Positions 55,794 to 64,000 of a stretch of DNA of 64,000 nt are shown here, one piece after another. The position numbers and the translations under genes are program-made. Origin of the DNA: an uncultured Hormoscilla sp. (GTDB taxonomy: Bacteria > Cyanobacteriota > Cyanobacteriia > Cyanobacteriales > Desertifilaceae); the NCBI GenBank assembly GCA_963921275.4, contig OZ001293.3, positions 6,240,001 through 6,304,000 of the forward strand, read 5' to 3'. The notes under the pieces are model-generated. The model searched no databases. It was not told where the DNA came from and saw nothing but the letters and a program-made list of their open reading frames with translations. Position 1 is the stretch's first letter. Every line of letters starts with the position of its first letter.

Positions 55794-56768
55794 ATGATTC
55801 CCATTCGACTTCTACTACTAATTATCACAACGGCGTACCAGGCCATTGCTAGCTGGACTGAGGATCTACAGTCCCCGCCAGGCAAACTCATTGATGTGGG
55901 TGGTTATAAGTTACATATGTGCGTTATGGGAGAAGGCAGTCCCACTGTAGTTCTGGAGCATAGTTTGGGGGGAATTGAAGGTTATTTACTCATTCAATAA
56001 ATTGCCAAAATGACACGAGTCTGTATCTACGATCGCGCTGGATACGGTTGGAGCGATTGCAATTCAAAGCCGCGAACTAGCGAAGAAATTGTGTCAGAAC
56101 TAGATAATCTTCTAACACAGGCAGGAATTGACCCGCCATATCTTTTGGTAGGAGATTCTTTTGGCAGTTATAATGTCAGATTATACGCACACCGTTTTCC
56201 TGAAAAAGTAGTAGGGATGGTCCTCACTGACGGACTTCATGAGGTTGGTATGCTCCAGATGCCACTTCAGTTGCAAGCCTTGAAGTTGTTCTTCATGTCT
56301 GGCTTTGTGATGTCAACGTTAGGATCTACTCTCGGCATAATCCGGTTGCTCAATAAAATTGGGGTATTCGAGCTGCTTAAGCCAGAATTACGCCAGTTAG
56401 AGCCTGACGTCCTTAACTCAGTCAAACGCTCATTTTATCGCCCCAAGCACTGGCTGACAATGCTCCGAGAAATGCATGGGTTGGACGCAAGTGGATATCA
56501 GCTTCAGGCTGCTAATCATTTCGATACGCTACCGATCGCTCTCATTACAGCGAGTTCTTTTTTTATACCTTCGATTTGGACTGTATGCGTGCCAATCCAA
56601 GCGGCCAATAAGCTACGGAAAAAGATGCATAGTGAAATTCTCAAATTATCTACAGATTGCATTCAAATTCCAGCTGCGTCGAGCGGTCATTTTGTCTGGA
56701 TAGATCGACCTGATGCGATTTTAGAAGCCATTGAGATTATTCTGAGTAAAGTTGATTCGGGAAGTTAA
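55794..56768 (+). pseudogene. Alpha/beta hydrolase with in-frame TAA at 55998-56000
   Basis: PPGKLIDVGG, YDRAGYGWS, GDSFG, GHFVWIDRP. Both ORFs are in the same frame. Confidence 0.88.
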
Positions 56769-57051
56769 ACCTTCTATGGCTAACTTGATACTGCACTTGA
56801 TATAACTATACAGCAGAAGTTAACCGCTGCTAATCCTCCTTCGCGATGACAGTTAGGAGTATTCGATCGAAACGTGGTAAGTCGCGCAGTTAGAAGCGTA
56901 GGTTGGGTTTAGTTTGGAAACCCAACCTACGCTACACGCTACGCTACCATGCTCATGTTGGATTTGCTCACGCTAAGCCCAACATGAGAGTATTATAACT
57001 AATCATCGGGACTTGATATAATAGAAATAACCAGAGCGCGAGGTGAGAAAA

Positions 57052-57837
57052 ATGTCTTATCCATTTCCGGGAATGAATCCTTATTTAGAACATCACGAAT
57101 TGTGGCCGGAGGTGCATCATCGCCTGATAACCGCGATCGCGATCGTCCTCGGGCCCTCACTGCCTCCCAAATATCGGGTGGCGATCGAAAAGCGAACCTA
57201 TCTCAGCGATGTCTCCGATTCAGTCTTAATTGGGATTCCCGATGTAGCTGTAACATCCCAAAGATCGATCCCAACCCAAACAAGATCGACGATTGCAACC
57301 CTGCCAGCAAAATCTGAATCGGTAACGGTAACCCTGCCCATACCAGAAGAAATTCGAGAAAGTTATTTAGAAATCCGAGATGTGGCAACCTCCCATGTAG
57401 TGACAGTAATTGAAATTCTCTCTCCTACCAATAAACGAGCTGGAAAAGGGCGAGAAGCCTATGAAGACAAGCGGTCTCAAGTGCTCGCTAGTCCGACTCA
57501 TCTAGTAGAGATTGATTTCCTTCGGGGAGGTAAACCCATGCCTATTCTCGGCGAAACCCCACGCACGGATTACCGCATCTTAGTCGCTCGCAGAAATAAC
57601 CGTCCCCGGGCTCAGTTATATGGATTTAATGTCCGCCAAGAGATTCCCCAGTTTCTGCTGCCTTTGCGGTCAAGAGATCCCGAACCATTAGTGGATTTAC
57701 AGAGTTTGTTAGCTCAGGTGTATGAGCAAGCGAGATTCGATATATCCGTGGATTACTCTCTTGAGCCGGTACCGCCACTGAAGAAAGACGACAAAGCTTG
57801 GGCAGATCGACTGTTACGAGAGCAGGGTCTGCGGTAG
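57052..57837 (+). CDS. DUF4058-family protein
   Basis: PFPGMNPYLE, IEILSPTNK, LVEIDFLRGG. Confidence 0.88.
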   Translation: MSYPFPGMNPYLEHHELWPEVHHRLITAIAIVLGPSLPPKYRVAIEKRTYLSDVSDSVLIGIPDVAVTSQRSIPTQTRSTIATLPAKSESVTVTLPIPEEIRESYLEIRDVATSHVVTVIEILSPTNKRAGKGREAYEDKRSQVLASPTHLVEIDFLRGGKPMPILGETPRTDYRILVARRNNRPRAQLYGFNVRQEIPQFLLPLRSRDPEPLVDLQSLLAQVYEQARFDISVDYSLEPVPPLKKDDKAWADRLLREQGLR

Positions 57838-57915
57838 CTACCACCTTCGATGCCCTATGGCTGCGCCACGCTGCGCTAACGGGATGCAACGCAGGCAACC
57901 CCTCAGGCATCGCCG

Positions 57916-59283
57916 CTAGAGCGATCGCCCATAGAGATTAGCCATCAACTGACTGGCAACTCGGTCTAATCTGACGGAATGGGAAGCCTTAAACAAGAGG
58001 CGATCGCCCGGTTGGATCGTCTCTTTCAATCGGTTAATCAAGGACTCGTGAGTGGGAAAGGTTTCTGTAGGTATTCCTGCTGCACCCAGGGCGATCGCCT
58101 CTGCTTGGGGGTCATCCACCAAAACCAGTACGGCATCCAGCATGCAGTTCCGGGCCGTTTCCCCTACTTGCTGGTGAAACTCGGGCGATCGGGTACCCAA
58201 TTCTTTCATGGTTCCCAGGACAGCAATGTGACGCTTTCCGGGGGTTTCTGCTAGCAGATGCAAGGCCGCTTTCATAGATTCTAGCCCGGCATTGTAAGTT
58301 TCATCTAAAATGACAAGATCATTAGGTAACTCGTGGCGCTGGGCGCGTCCTTGAGGTAATGTCACTGACAAACCTTCCGCAAATACCGTCCAGTCAATGT
58401 TCAGCACCTGCGCTACTGCTAATGCTGCCATATAATTAGAAGCATTGTGACGCCCGGGTAAAGGTAAAGGCAACTGCACCCCTGATAATTCTAGGGTATT
58501 TGGATCGATCGGTCGCCCCCGCAAGTCCCCTGATTCTAAACCGTAGGTAAGAGTTTGTCCTTGCCAAACTGTGGCCGCAGTTGACATCAGTCGGCGATCG
58601 TCCTGGTTGAGAATTGCCATGCCAGTCAGGGGCATTTCTGCTAGCAACTCGCACTTGGCACAGGCGATCGCCTCTTCGGAACCAAGCAAACCGATATGGG
58701 CCGTTCCCACATTAGTAATTACCCCCATAGTGGGCCGGGCTATTTCCGTCAACAGGGCAATTTGTCCGACACCGCGCATTGCTATTTCGATCGCAGCAAA
58801 GTTATGCTCTGAAGAGAGTTCTAAAAGTGTTTTTGGAACGCCAATTTCGTTATTAAAATTTGCCTGACTTTTGAGCACTTTCCCCTGAGTTGCTAACACG
58901 GCGGCAATCAATTCCTTAGTGGTAGTTTTGCCCACCGAACCCGTGACCGCAATGATGGGAATGTCAAACTGCTGACGCCACCAACTGGCGATTTGCTGGT
59001 AAGCTACGAGAGTATCTTCTACCACTAGCTGCGGTACGGGTAGGGGCAGGAGTTTGTCCGTGATGGCCCCGATCGCACCCCGGGCGATCGCCTCCGAGAC
59101 AAATTCATGTCCGTCAAACTTTTCTCCCCGCAATGCCAGGAACAACTTACCGGACGAGCGGGTGCGATCTAGGCTCCGGCTATCGGTAGTAATGCCAGTA
59201 ACTAATGGGTTTATTGCCTCATCCTGGAAGTGGTGAGAAACTGCCTTGACAATTTTGGTAATTTGAGATAGGTTAGCGTGCAT
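57916..59283 (-). CDS. murF: UDP-MurNAc-tripeptide D-Ala-D-Ala ligase
   Basis: TDSR, FDGH, TGSVGKTTTKE, NNEIGVP, DETYNA, KASH. Confidence 0.97.
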   Translation of the reverse strand: MHANLSQITKIVKAVSHHFQDEAINPLVTGITTDSRSLDRTRSSGKLFLALRGEKFDGHEFVSEAIARGAIGAITDKLLPLPVPQLVVEDTLVAYQQIASWWRQQFDIPIIAVTGSVGKTTTKELIAAVLATQGKVLKSQANFNNEIGVPKTLLELSSEHNFAAIEIAMRGVGQIALLTEIARPTMGVITNVGTAHIGLLGSEEAIACAKCELLAEMPLTGMAILNQDDRRLMSTAATVWQGQTLTYGLESGDLRGRPIDPNTLELSGVQLPLPLPGRHNASNYMAALAVAQVLNIDWTVFAEGLSVTLPQGRAQRHELPNDLVILDETYNAGLESMKAALHLLAETPGKRHIAVLGTMKELGTRSPEFHQQVGETARNCMLDAVLVLVDDPQAEAIALGAAGIPTETFPTHESLINRLKETIQPGDRLLFKASHSVRLDRVASQLMANLYGRSL

Positions 59284-59358
59284 AAATCAGAGGTGCTTAA
59301 TATCTGAAATCTTGACAACACTTTATACTTTGAAAGGGATCTACTTGCGCTTAAGGTC

Positions 59359-59590
59359 GAAGAACCTGTTACTCGTCCCACCAGCGACCCCTGGGAACGC
59401 ACAGGCGATCGCCAACCGGTGGGCTCGCTGTCATATACTGGAGGCAGAGCCTCCCAAGGTTCGTTCCCAGCCCGAGACTGGGAACGAGGTGAAGAACCTG
59501 TTACTCGTTCCCACCGGCGACCCCTGGGAACGCACAGGCGATCGCCAACCGGTGGGCTCGCTGTCATATACTGGAGGCAGAGCCTCCCCA
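59359..59590. repeat. Direct repeat (~100 bp, period 132) built from REP-like units
   Basis: GAAGAACCTGTTACTCGT...GGAGGCAGAGCCTCCC at 59359 and 59491. Confidence 0.85.
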
Positions 59591-59742
59591 AGCCCGCGAC
59601 GGCTGGAGGCTGCGGCCCTCCGGTTCCTTTTTGAGGACATCTTAAGAAATATTAAGATTTGACCCGATCGGGTGGGTGAGTGCTATGGTGAGAAAATATG
59701 TATATTTGCCCGATCGACCTTACCCAGAAAGAGCCAAGAGAA

Positions 59743-61759
<2,017 letters not shown>

Positions 61760-61914
61760 GTGTAATAGGCGATCGGGCCGTTCGTAGTAAGCGCGAAGCG
61801 TGCTTTCGGGGATAGGTTCGTAGTAAGCAGTCTCCGGAGAGCGCTACATGCGCAGCGCGCTGCGCGATCGCACTACTCCGGAGACATCGAAGCGTGCTTC
61901 TCTAGGTTGGGTTT

Positions 61915-62785
61915 GTGCGATTCGTTCTAGCCTAACGTGGTCAAACACGGAACGCTAGCCCGGTTTCATTAGCCGGGAACTCTGACCGCATGGGGGTTAA
62001 ATTCCCCTCCCCCCAGGTACGGGGGTGACACCGGTCCTCGGTGCTACGAAGCGACATCATCGTGGTGCTAAGCGAGGACTCAAATGTAGGATAACTGGCA
62101 GCCTAAGCCGGTGACGCCGCTAGGAAAGATATCCAAGGTTAGAGCAGGCAAACATGTGCAAGCCTCGTTATAAGGAACCAGCGAAATAAGGCTATATGCG
62201 CTGGCCTAAAAAGGAAATGGTAGCTAGTATTAGTTTTAGACTCTGGCTAATATAGTACTCAAATAGCTCCCGGGGTATAGTGTGGACCTAAAGGTATCGC
62301 GAAATGTTGTTAGGGAACGAAGTAACCTCTCGTGTGCTGTCCATCAGGACAAGTTAGATGTTAAGCGCAAGCCACGGGGGGAGGGATGGCCCAAGAAGCG
62401 AATGCCCGGGGTAATTCCTGGGATAACATCTACAGTAATGTAGATGATGCTGGGTAGCCAGCGCTGACGTGGGTCGGTGATACTAGGAAGCTGCTGGAAT
62501 GAGTAATCCTAAAAAGCCACGGAACTAATCCGAAACGCAAGTGGAGGATAAGGTATGGATAACTGGTAAAACTGACTTGAAAATGGTGATACTAACGGTT
62601 ATCAGAACAACCACTCGCTAAACCAGGAAAGGGAAGAAAAGACAGGCGGCAAGGGCTAACGGAAGTAATTCCTATTAAGTCTACCTATGAAAAGGGCCTA
62701 GTACCCAGTAGCCGGATGCGGTGAAAATCGCAAGTCCGGTTCCTCAAGGGAGGGTCGGGAAGCGATTCCCGGCTCGACCCCATCC
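61915..62785 (+). mobile_element. ORF-less group II intron, type A, copy 5 (871 nt), inside a REP palindrome
   Basis: Removal restores TAGGTTGGGTTT|CGTGCCTCAACCCAACCTAC. Confidence 0.95.
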
Positions 62786-62865
62786 CGTGCCTCAACCCAA
62801 CCTACAAATCCCAGGTAAACGGGCGATCGGCCCAAAAAATAATTCCAATTATAGGATAAATACTC

Positions 62866-63361
62866 ATGCCTCGACTTACTTGTTTGTGCGGTGAAAGCAT
62901 CAGTATATAGCGTTTCTCAAATTGATGTGGTATCGCCTAGAAGTCATTGCGAGGGGGGGAGACTAGGGAGTAACTTATGCTTTCATAGAGTTACCCCCCC
63001 GAAGCAATCTCCGATAGCATATCACACTAATCTGAGAACTGCTATATCAGTGGTTCCCAACCCACAAGGATTTAAGCTAATTTGGGAATTAGAGCGCGAA
63101 AGACTGATTGAGGCTCTGCTAGCAGCTTATGCGGATGCCAAATCCTTTCAACATTTTGAAGAACAAGTCTATCAGCTTTTTTATCCGGCAAATCCAGAAT
63201 TTCCTCAAATCTACGAATGTCCCAACTGTGGTAGATTAGCTGTTTTTGTCCGCGCTGCTGACGATAAGCCAGCGTTCTGGTTGAAGCAAGAGCAAAAGTA
63301 TAGCGAGGTAGATTCAAGATCTGCTTTGTTACAGAAAAAACTAGCTACTGCTTATACGTAG
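62866..63361 (+). pseudogene. Small Zn-ribbon-like protein (118 aa when restored) interrupted by a MITE
   Basis: MPRLTCLCGESISI|SVVPNPQGF...YECPNCGRL after removing 62908-63046. Confidence 0.7.
62908..63044. mobile_element. 137-bp MITE with TA target duplication (IS630/Tc1-like ends)
   Basis: Imperfect IRs TAGCGTTTCTCAAATTGATGTGGTA / TATCACACTAATCTGAGAACTGCTA, with TA on both sides. Confidence 0.75.
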
Positions 63362-63526
63362 TGCGCGATCGCCCGATCATCGGAGGCACTGGCATTTGGG
63401 CATGGCCTCACCCCGCATAACGCCGGTGGTCGGGAAAGCTTAACGCTGGCCCCCGATGAATCTCAGCGTTGTAAAAATTCACTCGCTGTCAGGTAGTATG
63501 AAACAAGTTCTCAAGAGGCTACGATT

Positions 63527-63916
63527 ATGAAGCTGGTATCAAAGGAACAAGCTGCGATCGTTCGTACAGAACGCGGACTGACAGTTGCAGGCACGCGCAT
63601 CACTCTCTAGGACGTCATGGACTATGTAAAAAGAAAATATTCACGCGAGTTCATCGGGACCTGCTCGGTCTTTACAGATGCGCAAGTCAATGGGGCTCTG
63701 TCTTATATTGACGTACATCGTGCGGAGATGGAAGTAGAGTATCAGATTGTTCTCCAAGAAGCAGAAGAGCTGCGACGGTATTATAAAGAAAGAAATCGCG
63801 AGCTCTTGGCTCGCATTGCTGCTAAGCCTCCAAAACGCTGCGCTGGGGGCGCAGCCATGCCAAACTTGCATCGCCGGGAAATCCAGAGCATGAATTTGTT
63901 AAATATTAAACTTTGA
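63527..63916 (+). pseudogene. DUF433-domain protein with in-frame TAG at 63608-63610
   Basis: IVRTERGLTVAGTRITL*DVMDY...QVNGALSYID. Confidence 0.75.
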
Positions 63917-64000
63917 CAGAGGGGCGATCGCGGGATAGGCCTACCTGAACCCTAATTGTTGTCCCCAAGTTAACCAGGCTAATCCGTTGCCGACTTGTAT

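Noticed and set aside
15311..56000. Stop-codon reassignment (TAA read as Glu/Gln) explaining in-frame stops
   Set aside because: Core genes terminate normally at TAA (tsf, thrS, mutL), all three stop types occur as lesions, and the same genes also carry frameshifts.
3942..59236. Numerous antisense or overlapping ORF-track calls within rpsB, tsf, recG, thrS, mutL, murF and others
   Set aside because: They are shadow frames of well-supported genes with no recognisable motifs.

Overview
Cyanobacterial chromosomal segment (dense HIP1 GCGATCGC sites; XisH/XisI, Uma2, DUF29, pentapeptide and PEP-CTERM genes). Housekeeping genes are intact (rpsB-tsf, recG, gor, tyrA, thrB, thrS, an iscS-like desulfurase, mutL, murF), while many accessory genes carry single in-frame stops, frameshifts or IS/MITE insertions. 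The dominant unannotated signal is six ORF-less group II introns: five 871-nt copies with no differences seen by eye (391-1261 -, 13012-13882 +, 33000-33870 -, 34066-34936 -, 61915-62785 +) and one diverged 835-nt sister (59819-60653 +). Removing them restores host reading frames or a REP palindrome. Their EBS1 loops match their respective 5' flanks. Both types end non-canonically (...GACCCCATCC and ...GACCCCGACT rather than ...AY), with a covarying gamma-gamma' pair supporting the shifted 3' end. The second notable locus is a decaying defence-like island: a HerA-type ATPase coupled to a ~729-codon wHTH-NurA-like nuclease, preceded by three CATAC-N12-GTATG palindromes and a duplicated promoter, divergent from a DUF262 + HEPN pair. 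Also present are an IS982 element with a cognate 143-bp MITE, a TA-target MITE, and a 51-bp palindromic element inserted in frame in mutL. All protein family calls come from motif recognition by eye, not database searches.
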